A program made the translations under genes and the position numbers. The notes beneath the pieces are model-generated. The model did not search any database. It was not told the DNA's origin and worked only from the letters and a program-made list of their open reading frames with translations. Of a stretch of 64,000 bases of DNA, positions 9,559 through 20,202 are shown piece by piece. Positions within the stretch are counted from its first letter, which is position 1. Every line of letters begins with the position of its first letter. The DNA comes from an uncultured Legionellales bacterium (lineage in GTDB: Bacteria > Pseudomonadota > Gammaproteobacteria > UBA1113): positions 33-64,032 of the forward strand of contig CAMFJL010000012.1 in NCBI GenBank assembly GCA_945957175.1, in the 5' to 3' direction.

Positions 9559-9660
9559 ATGACGCATTGTCAATGTGTAATTTTAATTACTATCATATAT
9601 TTTAATATACCTATTATAATATAAATAAAATTTATACCTTATTTATTTCTGGAGAGATTT

Positions 9661-11976
9661 ATGTTCTCAAAATTAACCTTTAGCATTAACGGAAAAAATG
9701 TTGATTTTCACATTCATGAATTAGTTAGCATTGTAAATAAAATTTGCAAAGCGTATCCACGACAGCCCATTCAAGCGATGCGTCATGATCAATGGGATTT
9801 TATTTTGGATGATATCAAAGATCAGGGAATATCTATACCTGCTCTTCAGACGGATACCCTTGATCCTATTTTATTTGTCCCACCACATATTGGTGATTTA
9901 ACAGCACCCGCACAGTGGCATTCTGTTAAAGCTTCACTTATGCAAATACCCACAGATAGCTCTTTGGTATCATGGTGGTTTCTGGTTGCAGGTCGTTTAA
10001 TTGCTGTAAAAAATAAAAATGTTTGCAATATTTACTTTTTTCTTGATGAACCACAAGAAAATATGGATCCATCGTTTATTCAAAAAATAAAAGGTATTGC
10101 TATTGTTATCTTTGCTGAAAACAATGGTAATATCCCTGTTGTTGTTATAAAGGATGGAGCAATTATTAATGCTAACTGTAGCTTAACAGCAAGCAGAGCC
10201 GCTTGTGAGACTTTTATACAAGAAAAAAATCTCCAATCAAAACACATAATAGCTTATAGTCGATCCAATAAGAATTTAATTGCTGCAATAATAAATGATA
10301 TTGATAATCAAGATAAACGCATTGGTTTTAGTGATTACCGTTTTTATGTTACTGATCACGGTTTTTTAAGTGATATTATAAATGGTGTGAGAGAGACACT
10401 TATTAAGACCAACTGGTTAAATCCACGTTTAGCACAGGGTATATTAGCTATTCGAAATCATTTGTTAACTGTAGCTGATGGCTCACCAGAAGATCAGGCT
10501 GAATGTAATCGGTGGGCTTTGAGTATGGCGAATGATGATTTAGAAACGATAAAAAAATATGATACAAGTAAAACAGATGATGAACTAAGGGAAATTCAAG
10601 AACGATTGCGACATGATGAAAATTATAGATTATTAGAATGGAAGAAACAAAAACAAGAAATATATTTTAGTGCCTCAGTTATAGAAGAATTCATGAGATT
10701 AAAAGCACATGAAAATAAAGATTTTGACCTTGGTATATATAATATTTATGGTTTTAAAACTATCGAAGCTGATGTTACTATTAAAAAAATGGTTTTAGCA
10801 AGTCTTGCTAAGAATATTAATCGTGGTATTAAAACTTCCATATTCAGGCCAGTTTTCGCTTATGGTACCGATTCACAAGGTGATAAATATACAACTTTTG
10901 CCAAACGGATTGGCGCGTACTTGCAAAGAAACCCTCACCTGACAGATGCCGATATTGTTAGTGATGCAAGAAAAGTACTTGCCAATATAATCGGTGGTGA
11001 TGATTTGGATTTTTTACCTAATCTAATGGTTGCTTGGTTTGTTGCAGAAGCTGTAAGAAATCCTAATGCATCACTTATTGGGCTTATGGTCCTCGATATG
11101 ATGGAGAACAATGCGTCATTATCCAGACCACTCATCGATAATGGTATATCTTTATATAATTGGTGTAACGTGCTTACCTACTCAGAACAGCGACATCAGG
11201 CCGCTACATCGGCTATTACCAATGGGTATGGTGTTCCATTGCCTCATTATGAGCTGGGTGGCATACATCCGATGGCACATCTTCGTTCCGAAAGCCAATG
11301 TCGACCTTTACAACCCGGAGTTAGGTTAACCGTAGTCCAACAAAAGGAAGGATCGCTTACTGCTCATTGGCTGTATGAGTATTTTAATTATTTTCATCCA
11401 AGTTTAACTGTTATGCTAGTTTCTGTTACAGAAGAGCCATTAAACCAAGATTTGTTTTATCAAAATGATGATGTCATCAATAAGTTAAAAGCATTAAATA
11501 AAGAATTAGTCACTAAGAATAAAACAATTGCCTCAAGAAATAAAAATAACCTGGACGTTAGTAAATTTGAAGAAGAAGCTGAAAGAATTAAAATTGAAAT
11601 AACAAGGTTACAAAATGTGATATGTAATAGTACTGATGTTAATCAGTTAAAGACTGTATTAACTAAAATTATAGAGCATGTTTTATACCAAAGGTTCCTC
11701 GCTGTATCTAATATAAGAGAAATATCTGAAGACTCTAATATACAAGAACTATTTTCACATTTGCAGTCTGTCTCAAACGTTGGTCCTTCAACATCTTCAA
11801 GTTCATCGTCATCTAGCTCATCCGGATTTGGACATCAGTTATCTCCCGCATTCTTCTCGATCTTACCAAAGATTGTTTCTGTAATAATTCCCACAGATCT
11901 TCCATCGAGTCATATGTGCTCAACTAGTTCTTCTAGTAGCATACCGGACCCCTCTGATAGTTCATTTAATCCTTAA
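9661..11976 (+). CDS. large hypothetical protein (771 aa) with C-terminal coiled-coil and poly-Ser tail; effector-like
   Basis: AT-rich long ORF with RBS GGAGAG. C-terminus ...STSSSSSSSSSSGFGHQL...STSSSSSIPDPSDSSFNP is rich in Ser and small polar residues. No Walker or nuclease motifs seen. Confidence 0.55.
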   Translation: MFSKLTFSINGKNVDFHIHELVSIVNKICKAYPRQPIQAMRHDQWDFILDDIKDQGISIPALQTDTLDPILFVPPHIGDLTAPAQWHSVKASLMQIPTDSSLVSWWFLVAGRLIAVKNKNVCNIYFFLDEPQENMDPSFIQKIKGIAIVIFAENNGNIPVVVIKDGAIINANCSLTASRAACETFIQEKNLQSKHIIAYSRSNKNLIAAIINDIDNQDKRIGFSDYRFYVTDHGFLSDIINGVRETLIKTNWLNPRLAQGILAIRNHLLTVADGSPEDQAECNRWALSMANDDLETIKKYDTSKTDDELREIQERLRHDENYRLLEWKKQKQEIYFSASVIEEFMRLKAHENKDFDLGIYNIYGFKTIEADVTIKKMVLASLAKNINRGIKTSIFRPVFAYGTDSQGDKYTTFAKRIGAYLQRNPHLTDADIVSDARKVLANIIGGDDLDFLPNLMVAWFVAEAVRNPNASLIGLMVLDMMENNASLSRPLIDNGISLYNWCNVLTYSEQRHQAATSAITNGYGVPLPHYELGGIHPMAHLRSESQCRPLQPGVRLTVVQQKEGSLTAHWLYEYFNYFHPSLTVMLVSVTEEPLNQDLFYQNDDVINKLKALNKELVTKNKTIASRNKNNLDVSKFEEEAERIKIEITRLQNVICNSTDVNQLKTVLTKIIEHVLYQRFLAVSNIREISEDSNIQELFSHLQSVSNVGPSTSSSSSSSSSSGFGHQLSPAFFSILPKIVSVIIPTDLPSSHMCSTSSSSSIPDPSDSSFNP

Positions 11977-12036
11977 TGAAGAATGTCAGGAAGGAAAGGA
12001 ACCGTCGTTTTATCAGGACTTATAAGCCTTCAGTTG

Positions 12037-12063
12037 TTCCCTGCTTAAATATGCAGCAGGGAA
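12037..12063. terminator. 9-bp perfect stem-loop (TTCCCTGCT-taaatatgc-AGCAGGGAA) between convergent genes
   Basis: Seen directly; lies between the 3' ends of the 771-aa ORF (+) and ubiB (-). No strong T-run, so factor-dependent or mRNA-stabilising function is also possible. Confidence 0.3.
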
Positions 12064-12202
12064 TCGCTACTAAGCTCAGATGTAGGTGGGAACTAAGTAT
12101 CCATTTCGCGTTCTTGCGGCCGTATCACGTATAACGCCACCTTAGAACCAACAGCTAGCACTGTTTTCTTTCCAAAAGTCGCAGCTTGAAGGCGAGGTAT
12201 GA

Positions 12203-13858
12203 CTATCGTCGCACTAACGACAACAATAGTAAGATATACGCAAGTATAGCGACAAACAATAGGCTGCTTTCGGGATTAAGCGGCATATGCCAAGCTTGTG
12301 TCAACCAGGCTAAACCTGATAAAGCAACAAAGGCAACGCCGACCCATAAGCCTTGCCAAAAGCGAGAAACTCGCCGCTTTTTAAAGGTTTCGTGCTGTTG
12401 TGCAACAGGTGGATAATGCGAAGGCATAACCGGTGACATCACCCCCACTTGCGCTTGTCTAAACCAAATGTTTGGCAATTCTGGCAACCGCTCCGCCCAA
12501 ATAGGCGCATATTCTCGCAATTTACGAATCAAGGCTTTAGGCCCAACCTGTGTTTTAAGCCATTTTTCTAAGAAAGGTTTTGCGGTACCCCACAAATCTA
12601 AATCCGGATAAAGCTGTCTTGCCAGACCTTCGACATTGAGCAAGGTTTTTTGCAATAATAATAGTTGTGGCTGAACTTCCATATGAAAGCGCTTACCTGT
12701 TTGAAATAATCGTAGTAATAGCTGGCCAAATGAAATATCTTTCAAGGGCTTTTCAAAAATAGGCTCACACACTGCGGCAATGGCTAATTCAAACTCACCC
12801 AATCGAGTATCGCTCGGGATCCACCCCGATTCTAAATGAAGCTCTGCCACACGGCGATAATCTCGTTTAAAAAAAGCTAACATATTTTCTGCTAAATATC
12901 GCTGATCACGTGGCGATAACGTGCCCATGATTCCAAAATCAACTGCAATCACTTTAGGCTGAGATGGTATGCTAGCATCGACAAACAAATTTCCAGGATG
13001 TAAATCCGCATGAAAAAAGCAATCACGAAACACTTGTGTGAAAAAAATATGAATACAGTTTTCAGCGAGCACTTTTAAATCTGCGCCCTGTTTTTGCAAC
13101 TCTTGTGTTTTGGCAACAGGAATACCATAAATACGCTCCATTACCAACACATCTGCTCGACAATAAGGCCAGTGGATTTCAGGAATATATAACATGGATG
13201 AATGCGTAAAGTTTCTCTTTAAAATAGAAGCATTTGCAGCCTCTCGCAATAAATCTAATTCATCCAGCAACGTATGCTCAAATTCGCTAACCAGATCTTT
13301 TGCCCGTAAGCGTCGACCTGCGAGCGTATAACGCTCAGCCCACTCAGCCAGTGTCCGCATCAATGCAATATCTCGACGGATGAGCTTATCAATGCCTGGT
13401 CTTTTAATTTTGACGACAACATCATCACCATTCGGTAATGTTGCTGCATGTACTTGTGCAATGGAAGCACTTGCCAATGGAATATTGATAAAATTGCTTA
13501 ACATTGTTGCTTCAGGCATATCAAGACGTTTCATTAAAATGGCTTGAGCATTAGCAAAAGGTCGAACACTATCTTGAAGTGCTGCAAGCTCAAGTGCAAT
13601 ATCATCTGGGATAAAATCCCGTCTTGTTGATAACATTTGTCCAAACTTTACAAAAATAGGGCCTAAATCTTCAAGGGCTTCACGGAGACGCTGTCCCCGC
13701 GGTAGCTTACGATTTCGCATCCAATACCATGGATTAACATAACTTAAAAAACGAATGGGTGCAAACCATGGCATAGCTAAAATAATTTCATCAAGACCAT
13801 GCTTAGATAATACATAATAAATATAAATCACGCGTGTAAATTGTGAGACTTTATTCAT
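12203..13858 (-). CDS. ubiB: ubiquinone biosynthesis protein kinase UbiB
   Basis: 551 aa. N-terminal RLREALEDLGPIFVKFGQMLSTRRDFIPDDIALELAALQD is the UbiB/ABC1 kinase signature. Two C-terminal TM helices. Confidence 0.9.
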   Translation of the reverse strand: MNKVSQFTRVIYIYYVLSKHGLDEIILAMPWFAPIRFLSYVNPWYWMRNRKLPRGQRLREALEDLGPIFVKFGQMLSTRRDFIPDDIALELAALQDSVRPFANAQAILMKRLDMPEATMLSNFINIPLASASIAQVHAATLPNGDDVVVKIKRPGIDKLIRRDIALMRTLAEWAERYTLAGRRLRAKDLVSEFEHTLLDELDLLREAANASILKRNFTHSSMLYIPEIHWPYCRADVLVMERIYGIPVAKTQELQKQGADLKVLAENCIHIFFTQVFRDCFFHADLHPGNLFVDASIPSQPKVIAVDFGIMGTLSPRDQRYLAENMLAFFKRDYRRVAELHLESGWIPSDTRLGEFELAIAAVCEPIFEKPLKDISFGQLLLRLFQTGKRFHMEVQPQLLLLQKTLLNVEGLARQLYPDLDLWGTAKPFLEKWLKTQVGPKALIRKLREYAPIWAERLPELPNIWFRQAQVGVMSPVMPSHYPPVAQQHETFKKRRVSRFWQGLWVGVAFVALSGLAWLTQAWHMPLNPESSLLFVAILAYILLLLSLVRR

Positions 13859-14496
13859 ATTCTATCCTTAGCATTCGTCAACAGGGATGATTTTAACCTT
13901 GCGATACGTGCGGCAAGGCGATCACTTGTTTCACGAAGGTTATCAACTTGACAATAAAAATCTTCGAGTAGCGCTCTCGCCGGTAATAATAGCAATTCAT
14001 CTTGCAGATAATCAGTCAGCTGACGCCCCAACATTTCACCCCCACGATGACATGCGGCTTTTGTCCGCAAAAAAGCTTGTCCTAAGCGATACGCCGCAGT
14101 ATCACCTATGAGATCTGCGAGCAAAGCCTCCCAATCTGCTTGTATTTGTTGCATTAATTGCTCGAATGCTTGTATGCACGATAAATCTCCCAAAAGCTGT
14201 AAACGACCATCGTGTAAAAGCGGCGACATCTGTCGAGTGATAAGATAAGTCAGTAGCGTGCTGGGTGAACCTATAATTTCAGCGTCTGAGGGTGCATTGT
14301 CATCTATCGATAAACGAAAACCTTGTGAACCTACATAAATAAGCGTGCGTAACGATAGCGGTCGCAATAAAATACTCAAGGTTTTACCACGTAATGGTGC
14401 AATCCAACTTGGCCATGCAGGATCTAACTTGAGATAATAATTAAGTCCTTGTTCTAAAGGCGTTAATCCAAAAGCATACCACGATGCGCTGTTCAT
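13855..14496 (-). CDS. ubiJ: ubiquinone biosynthesis accessory factor UbiJ (SCP2 domain)
   Basis: 213 aa between ubiE and ubiB with 4-nt overlaps. Pattern L..GK.L.....G...........D......L.LL......G.L...GD matches E. coli UbiJ/YigP. Confidence 0.65.
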   Translation of the reverse strand: MNSASWYAFGLTPLEQGLNYYLKLDPAWPSWIAPLRGKTLSILLRPLSLRTLIYVGSQGFRLSIDDNAPSDAEIIGSPSTLLTYLITRQMSPLLHDGRLQLLGDLSCIQAFEQLMQQIQADWEALLADLIGDTAAYRLGQAFLRTKAACHRGGEMLGRQLTDYLQDELLLLPARALLEDFYCQVDNLRETSDRLAARIARLKSSLLTNAKDRI

Positions 14497-15245
14497 GATT
14501 TATAGCCTATATGCAGGGCAACAATACCACCAGAAAAATTGTGATATCGTGTTTGCGTGAAACCAACATCGTTCATCATACTTTGCAAGGTTTTTTGATC
14601 GGGATGCATGCGAATTGATTCAGCTAGGTAGCGGTAACTATCTGCATCATTGGCAACAAGGCCACCTAGTTTCGGTAAAATACTGAATGAATACGCATCG
14701 TAAACTTGCTTTAAACCAGGCAATATAGGCTTTGAAAATTCAAGAATCATCGCCTTGCCACCCGGTTTTAAAACGCTATACATGCTTGCAAGCGCTTTAG
14801 ATTTATCGGTGACATTGCGTAAACCAAAGGCTATAGTGATTAAATCAAAATGATCATCTGCAAAAGGCAAGGCTTGTGCATCGGCTTGCACAGCATAGAT
14901 ACCATTAAGATAACCTTTATCTAATAATTTATCTCGACCCAAGCTTAGCATAGATACATTAATATCGGCTAATACCAGTTGACCACGGCCTGCTAAAATA
15001 TCCGCGAAACGCAAGGCCAAATCACCGGTACCACCGGCTAAATCCAGCACCTTGTAATGTGGACGCAACATTGCAAAATCAACTGTGAGGCGTTTCCATA
15101 GCCGATGAATACCCAAAGACATTAAATCATTCATCAAATCGTATTTAGGCGCAACTTGATGAAATACCTTAGCAACCTTCGCAGCTTTCTCTTGCGTAGG
15201 CACTTGTTGGTATCCAAAATGGGTTAGATCGTCATCAGGCTTCAT
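14493..15245 (-). CDS. ubiE: demethylmenaquinone/ubiquinone C-methyltransferase UbiE
   Basis: 250 aa. SAM motif [12 protein letters not shown] and the UbiE/MenG family signature throughout. Confidence 0.9.
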   Translation of the reverse strand: MKPDDDLTHFGYQQVPTQEKAAKVAKVFHQVAPKYDLMNDLMSLGIHRLWKRLTVDFAMLRPHYKVLDLAGGTGDLALRFADILAGRGQLVLADINVSMLSLGRDKLLDKGYLNGIYAVQADAQALPFADDHFDLITIAFGLRNVTDKSKALASMYSVLKPGGKAMILEFSKPILPGLKQVYDAYSFSILPKLGGLVANDADSYRYLAESIRMHPDQKTLQSMMNDVGFTQTRYHNFSGGIVALHIGYKS

Positions 15246-15278
15246 CGTGGTATATACTCAAGTGACTTCAATAGGTGT

Positions 15279-15350
15279 CATCGCTACGCGATGGTTTTAT
15301 GCCCCTCATCCGGCCTTCGGCCACTTTCTCTCACAGAAAAAAAAGCATGC
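15279..15350. repeat. MITE/REP-like palindromic element, copy A
   Basis: tCATCGCTACGCGATGgttttatgcccctcatccggccttcggccac... The core CATCGC-TAC-GCGATG is self-complementary. The spurious ORFs 15275..15463 and 15284..15511 lie over it. Confidence 0.6.
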
Positions 15351-15497
15351 TTCGTACTTTCAAAGATGAAATTAAGGTGCTCACATTTTGCAGACTGAAA
15401 GACGATGGGTACAGTGAACCCAGTATAACATTGGCAATAGAAAAAAGCATAAGAAGAGAGTAAACTTGTCACTCGCCACAGCTCAGGTAACATTCGC

Positions 15498-16376
15498 ATG
15501 ATAACGAGCACACCACATCGTACAAAACTTTATTCTATTTTACTGATAGGCATTCTAGGCCTTACGTTCTCGCCTTTCTTTGTAGCTTGGGCTAACGCAC
15601 CAGGTATCGTTACGGCTTTTTATCGCTTGTTATTTGCCGCAATTATGGTCTTACCATGGTTTTTACGTCAAGTGAAACGAGAGCCTACATTATCGCGTCG
15701 TGCTATTTTATGGAGTATTGCTGCCGGCGTGTTTTTTGCTGGCGAGATTGCTATTTGGAATATGGCCGTGCTTAAAAGCTCAGCAACAAACGCCACCTTA
15801 TTTAATAATACTTCGGTATTTTGGGTTGCACTTGCAACTTGGCTGATATTTCGAAAAAAACTTGATACGAATTTTTGCTGGGGCCTAGGCGTCGCTTTTA
15901 TCGGTATTCTGGTCATTTTACATAAAGATTTTAATTTATCTAAAAGCAGCGCTTTTGGTGATTTATTAGCGATTATTGCGGGTATTGGTTATGCTGCATT
16001 CTTCCTTGCTATGCAGCATGCAAGAGAGAAGCTATCCGCACTAACCAGCTTTTTTATTGCCGCTTCAGCTGGCGCATTATTCTTATTGATATTAATACCT
16101 TTTGCACACGTAAGCTTGATAGGTTATAGCACACAAACATATATGAATTTCATTGGTATGGCGCTTATCACACAAGTGATAGGTTATCTTGCTATTAATT
16201 ATACCTTAGGACATTTGCCTGCAACGATTGTCTCACCATCGGTTCTATTGCAACCCGTACTTGCAGCGCTTTTATCTGCACCACTCCTTGGGCAATCAAC
16301 CTCATTTTTTCAAGTACTTGGCGGGAGTTTTGTATTAATCGGTATTCTTTTGGTACATCGCGCAAAGACACATTAG
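15498..16376 (+). CDS. EamA/DMT-family transporter (10 TM)
   Basis: 292 aa, ten hydrophobic helices in two 5-TM halves typical of EamA/RhaT. Confidence 0.7.
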   Translation: MITSTPHRTKLYSILLIGILGLTFSPFFVAWANAPGIVTAFYRLLFAAIMVLPWFLRQVKREPTLSRRAILWSIAAGVFFAGEIAIWNMAVLKSSATNATLFNNTSVFWVALATWLIFRKKLDTNFCWGLGVAFIGILVILHKDFNLSKSSAFGDLLAIIAGIGYAAFFLAMQHAREKLSALTSFFIAASAGALFLLILIPFAHVSLIGYSTQTYMNFIGMALITQVIGYLAINYTLGHLPATIVSPSVLLQPVLAALLSAPLLGQSTSFFQVLGGSFVLIGILLVHRAKTH

Positions 16377-16390
16377 TACATGCCGATTTG

Positions 16391-16595
16391 TCATCGCTAC
16401 GCGATGATTTTATGACCCCTCATCCGGCCTTCGGCCACCATCGTACGCAAGGGGAGAAGGGTATTTTCGTGTTTCGGTAAGTAAAACCAACAAAGCTAAA
16501 GCTCATGTTTTGCCATCGCTACGCGATGATTTTGTTACCCTTCATACGGCCTTCGGCTACCTTCCCCGCAAGGGGGAAGGACATTTATCAACAAC
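16391..16595. repeat. two tandem MITE/REP-like copies (B and C)
   Basis: Copy B at 16391-16465: CATCGCTACGCGATGattttatgacccctcatccggccttcggccac. Copy C at 16513-16595 has the same head plus a second palindrome CCTTCCCCGCAAGGGGGAAGG. They lie between the 3' ends of the EamA gene and ftsH. Confidence 0.6.
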
Positions 16596-16630
16596 GTTGC
16601 AGATGAAAAGCGAAGGATATTAATTAGCTG

Positions 16631-18565
16631 TCAGTTAGGTGAATCCGTTGATGGTTCTTCGGGTTTATCAGTATCTTTGGACTTATCCGCTTCAGATTCA
16701 TCCGTCGGATTGGACGTGACTTTATGATTATTGCTAGTATCATCATCGCTCCAACCGGCAGGCGGCGATGGCAATTCGCCAGCCATGATCTGTTGAATCT
16801 GATTTTCATCAATGGTTTCGTATTTCATTAAGGCATCAGCCATCGCGTGCAATTTATCCATGTTATCACGCAAAATACTTTCAGCACGTACATAGTTTTT
16901 ATCAATAATGGTCCTAATTTCTTCGTCAATCGCTTGCGCAGTTCCTTCAGATACTTCTTTACGCTTAGATACCGTTCGACCTAAAAAGACTTCGCCTTCT
17001 TCTTCACCGTAAACTAATGGGCCTAGGCGATCACTAAGACCCCAACGCGTAACCATGTTGCGCGCCAGTTCTGTTGCTCGTTCAATATCATTTGAAGCAC
17101 CGGTCGTGACTTTCTCTAAACCAAAAATAAGCAATTCAGCAACACGCCCACCAAACAGCGAGGAAATTTGACATTCAATTCGCTGCTTAGAGTAGCTATA
17201 ACGGTCTTGCTCGGGCAAATACATTGTAACGCCAAGCGCTCGACCACGAGGAATGATAGTCACTTTGTAAACGGGATCATGTTCGGGTAAATTAATACCA
17301 ACGATCGCATGACCTGATTCATGATAAGCCGTTAACAGTTTTTCTTCTGTGCTCATCGCCATAGAGCGACGCTCAGCACCCATCAGAATTTTATCTTTTG
17401 CTTTCTCAAAATCAAGCATATCAACGAGGCGCTTGTCGGCGCGTGCCGCAAATAAAGCTGCTTCATTCACAAGATTCGCTAAATCTGCGCCTGAAAAGCC
17501 TGGTGTACCGCGCGCAATAAAGGAAGGTTTCACATCATCCGCGATTGGCACTTTACGCATATGAACTTTTAGAATTTGTTCACGACCACGTACATCTGGT
17601 AAAGGTACAACGACTTGCCTATCGAAACGACCAGGTCGCAATAGCGCTGGGTCTAATACATCAGGACGGTTAGTTGCCGCGATGACAATCACACCTTCAT
17701 GGCCATCAAAGCCATCCATTTCAACTAATAATTGATTGAGTGTTTGCTCACGTTCGTCATGTCCGCCCCCCAAACCAGCACCACGATGGCGGCCAACGGC
17801 ATCAATTTCATCGATAAAAATAATGCATGGTGCTTGCTTTTTAGCTTGCTCAAACATATCGCGCACACGAGATGCACCTACACCCACAAACATTTCCACA
17901 AAATCAGAACCCGATATTGAGAAAAAGGGCACTTTAGCTTCACCTGCAACCGCTTTTGCTAATAATGTTTTACCTGTACCCGGTGAACCTACTAATAAAA
18001 CACCACGTGGAATACGACCACCGAGTTTTTGAAATTTTGCAGGATCTCTTAAAAAGTCAACTAATTCTTTGACTTCTTCTTTAGCTTCATCGGCACCCGC
18101 AACATCTGCAAACGTAATTTTGGTTTGATCTTCACTCAATAATCGCGCCCGACTTCGTCCAAACGACATCGCACCACGACCACCGCCACCACCTTGCATT
18201 TGTCTAAGGAAGAAAAACCATATACCAATAAATAACAACATAGGAAACCAATTGATGAAAATATGCATCAACAAGCCTTGTTGTTCCGGCGGTTTACCAT
18301 TGACATTGACACCCTGCTTAATCAAGTAGGGTAATAAATTATTGTCTTGTAGTGGAATATAGGTAGCGAACTGCTGATTATCTTGCATAGCACCCAGAAT
18401 AGTCTGGTCTTCAATCGTCACTTTATTGACATTACCTTGCTGCACTTGTTGCAAAAATTCAGTATAGGTAAGTGGTTTATTTTCCACACGTCGGGGGCTG
18501 AAACTACTTAGGATAGAAACAAGTACCACCACGATGACTAACCAAAGCAGTAAATTTTTAACCAT
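16631..18565 (-). CDS. ftsH: ATP-dependent zinc metalloprotease FtsH
   Basis: [14 protein letters not shown]... aligns with the E. coli FtsH N-terminus. Walker [12 protein letters not shown] and HEAGH zinc motif (HESGHA) present. The track ORF starts 5 codons upstream at a TTG. Confidence 0.95.
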   Translation of the reverse strand: MVKNLLLWLVIVVVLVSILSSFSPRRVENKPLTYTEFLQQVQQGNVNKVTIEDQTILGAMQDNQQFATYIPLQDNNLLPYLIKQGVNVNGKPPEQQGLLMHIFINWFPMLLFIGIWFFFLRQMQGGGGGRGAMSFGRSRARLLSEDQTKITFADVAGADEAKEEVKELVDFLRDPAKFQKLGGRIPRGVLLVGSPGTGKTLLAKAVAGEAKVPFFSISGSDFVEMFVGVGASRVRDMFEQAKKQAPCIIFIDEIDAVGRHRGAGLGGGHDEREQTLNQLLVEMDGFDGHEGVIVIAATNRPDVLDPALLRPGRFDRQVVVPLPDVRGREQILKVHMRKVPIADDVKPSFIARGTPGFSGADLANLVNEAALFAARADKRLVDMLDFEKAKDKILMGAERRSMAMSTEEKLLTAYHESGHAIVGINLPEHDPVYKVTIIPRGRALGVTMYLPEQDRYSYSKQRIECQISSLFGGRVAELLIFGLEKVTTGASNDIERATELARNMVTRWGLSDRLGPLVYGEEEGEVFLGRTVSKRKEVSEGTAQAIDEEIRTIIDKNYVRAESILRDNMDKLHAMADALMKYETIDENQIQQIMAGELPSPPAGWSDDDTSNNHKVTSNPTDESEADKSKDTDKPEEPSTDSPN

Positions 18566-18766
18566 GTCGTTCAAGAGCAAGACCTCATCAGTAAAAAAGC
18601 GTTGTTACTACGCTGATCAGCTTTCATCATAAGCACACCCCTCAGACGACCGCAGGTCGCCGCTACGATGCTGCATGTATACTCGATGAAACCTGAGCGG
18701 TAACGATGGTTTAATTAAGACGTCCATTATACTCTTTTTTACCGATATATGCGAATTTGATGTTGA

Positions 18767-19387
18767 TTATGCCTGAAAACCTTTAGCCACAAGGTAGAGC
18801 TCGGCTGAACGACTTCGTGATGCTTCTGGTTTACGTATCGCAACAGTTTTAAAATGCGCACGGACCTGTTTTAGGAGCAGGTCAAATCCTTCACCTTGAA
18901 ATACTTTTGCTACAAAATGACCACCTGGTCGCAACTGTTTTTCAGCAAAATCGAAGGCCAATTCGATAAGATGCATGCCTTTAGGCTGATCAACCGCTTT
19001 AATACCGCTCAAATTCGGCGCCATATCAGAAACCACCACATCGATGGGCCTTGCGTTAATGGTTTCAACTAATTGCTGTAAGGTCATATCATCTGTAAAG
19101 TCGCCCTGTAAACAAAAAGCACCGTCAATAGGTGGCATCGCTAAACAATCTAAGGCAATGACATAACCTTGCAATCCTACTAACTTCACCAACACCTGGG
19201 TCCAACCACCCGGCGCCGCACCTAAATCCACCACAGTCATACCAGGTTTAATGATGTGATCTTTGGTCTGTAGCTCAAGCAACTTGTAGGCTGCACGTGA
19301 ACGATAGCCTTCTTTTTGCGCCAGCTTGACATAGGGATCATTGAAATGTTCTTTGAGCCATCGTCTGCTACTTTGAGATTTTGCCAT
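18767..19387 (-). CDS. rlmE: 23S rRNA (uridine2552-2'-O)-methyltransferase RlmE/FtsJ
   Basis: 206 aa. RSRAAYKLLEL ... VVDLGAAPGGW signature. Immediately upstream of ftsH as in E. coli. Confidence 0.9.
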   Translation of the reverse strand: MAKSQSSRRWLKEHFNDPYVKLAQKEGYRSRAAYKLLELQTKDHIIKPGMTVVDLGAAPGGWTQVLVKLVGLQGYVIALDCLAMPPIDGAFCLQGDFTDDMTLQQLVETINARPIDVVVSDMAPNLSGIKAVDQPKGMHLIELAFDFAEKQLRPGGHFVAKVFQGEGFDLLLKQVRAHFKTVAIRKPEASRSRSAELYLVAKGFQA

Positions 19388-19652
19388 GCGGACTCCTTTT
19401 TTGACCTCGCTTAATCAGCGCAATGATAAAACCACTGCTGATGCATGCGTAGACAAACAGTAATAAACACTGGGCCAACAGCGTCGCCACAAGCAATGGC
19501 ACCAAAGCAATAAGCAAAAGACCGCCCAACATGAAACTGACCCAAACGAGCTTAATGCCTTTGAACCAATGCACATAAGGCGTGTATTTAATGTGCGCTT
19601 CTGTTATACTATCGGACTTTTTATGTTCGGATTGTTTTTTCATGATACTCAC
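19368..19652 (-). CDS. small hypothetical membrane protein (94 aa, one long hydrophobic segment)
   Basis: ORF between rlmE and yhbY that overlaps both ends slightly. Lys-rich N-terminus followed by a 2-TM-like stretch. Weak support. Confidence 0.25.
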   Translation of the reverse strand: MSIMKKQSEHKKSDSITEAHIKYTPYVHWFKGIKLVWVSFMLGGLLLIALVPLLVATLLAQCLLLFVYACISSGFIIALIKRGQKRSPHGKISK

Positions 19653-19911
19653 TAGTCAACAAAGAGCCAAACTACGAGGTTTGGCTCATGCATTAAAACC
19701 CGTGGTCATTATAGGCCAGAATGGGCTTACCGCCAATGTTTTAGCCGAAGCTGAGGTGGCGCTGACGGCCCATGAGCTTATCAAAGTAAAAATAGCCCAC
19801 AGCGACCGAGAGGCAAGGCAGCAAATGAGTACGCAACTATGTACGGATTTAAATGCTGCTTGGGTACAGACGATTGGACAAATTGTCATTATTTATCGTC
19901 CGAACCCCTAA
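19642..19911 (+). CDS. yhbY: RNA-binding protein YhbY (CRS1/YhbY CRM domain)
   Basis: MILTSQQRAKLRGLAHALKPVVIIGQNGLT... matches E. coli YhbY (KQHLKGLAHPLKPVVLLGSNGLT). Divergent from rlmE-ftsH as in enterics. The track ORF begins 20 codons upstream. Confidence 0.8.
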   Translation: MILTSQQRAKLRGLAHALKPVVIIGQNGLTANVLAEAEVALTAHELIKVKIAHSDREARQQMSTQLCTDLNAAWVQTIGQIVIIYRPNP

Positions 19912-20034
19912 TAATCCGTTGCACCGCAAGGCACGGGGCTATGCACTTTTAGTGACCATAGGTATATCATCCCAATGGCATCATGCATGAACGATAAGAC
20001 TCGAGCGGTCATAAAAAAATGACTGCCTACCTCT

Positions 20035-20063
20035 TGTACAACCTATGGTTGATGGTATAATGA
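20035..20063 (+). promoter_or_regulatory. sigma70-like promoter (TTGTAC -N17- TGgTATAAT, extended -10) upstream of fis
   Basis: Seen in sequence ~140 nt upstream of the fis ATG. A GC-rich discriminator follows the -10. Confidence 0.3.
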
Positions 20064-20202
20064 CCATGCGAACGCACCGCTCAGCCAGTTGCATTGGTTT
20101 TGGATTGCATTCCAGTCAGGGACGGCTAGCAGTTTCGTATATCGCCGCATTAAGTTTGTGGTGTTTTTAATAGTTTTGAAATGAAATAAGGGGTTAAACG
20201 AC

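Noticed and set aside
15275..15511. ORFs 15275..15463 (+) and 15284..15511 (-)
   Set aside because: They lie over the palindromic MITE/REP-like element, and their open frames are a consequence of the repeat.
18581..18766. Possible sigma32 heat-shock promoter between rlmE and ftsH
   Set aside because: Only weak matches to CTTGAAA-N13-15-CCCCATnT; not supportable from sequence alone.
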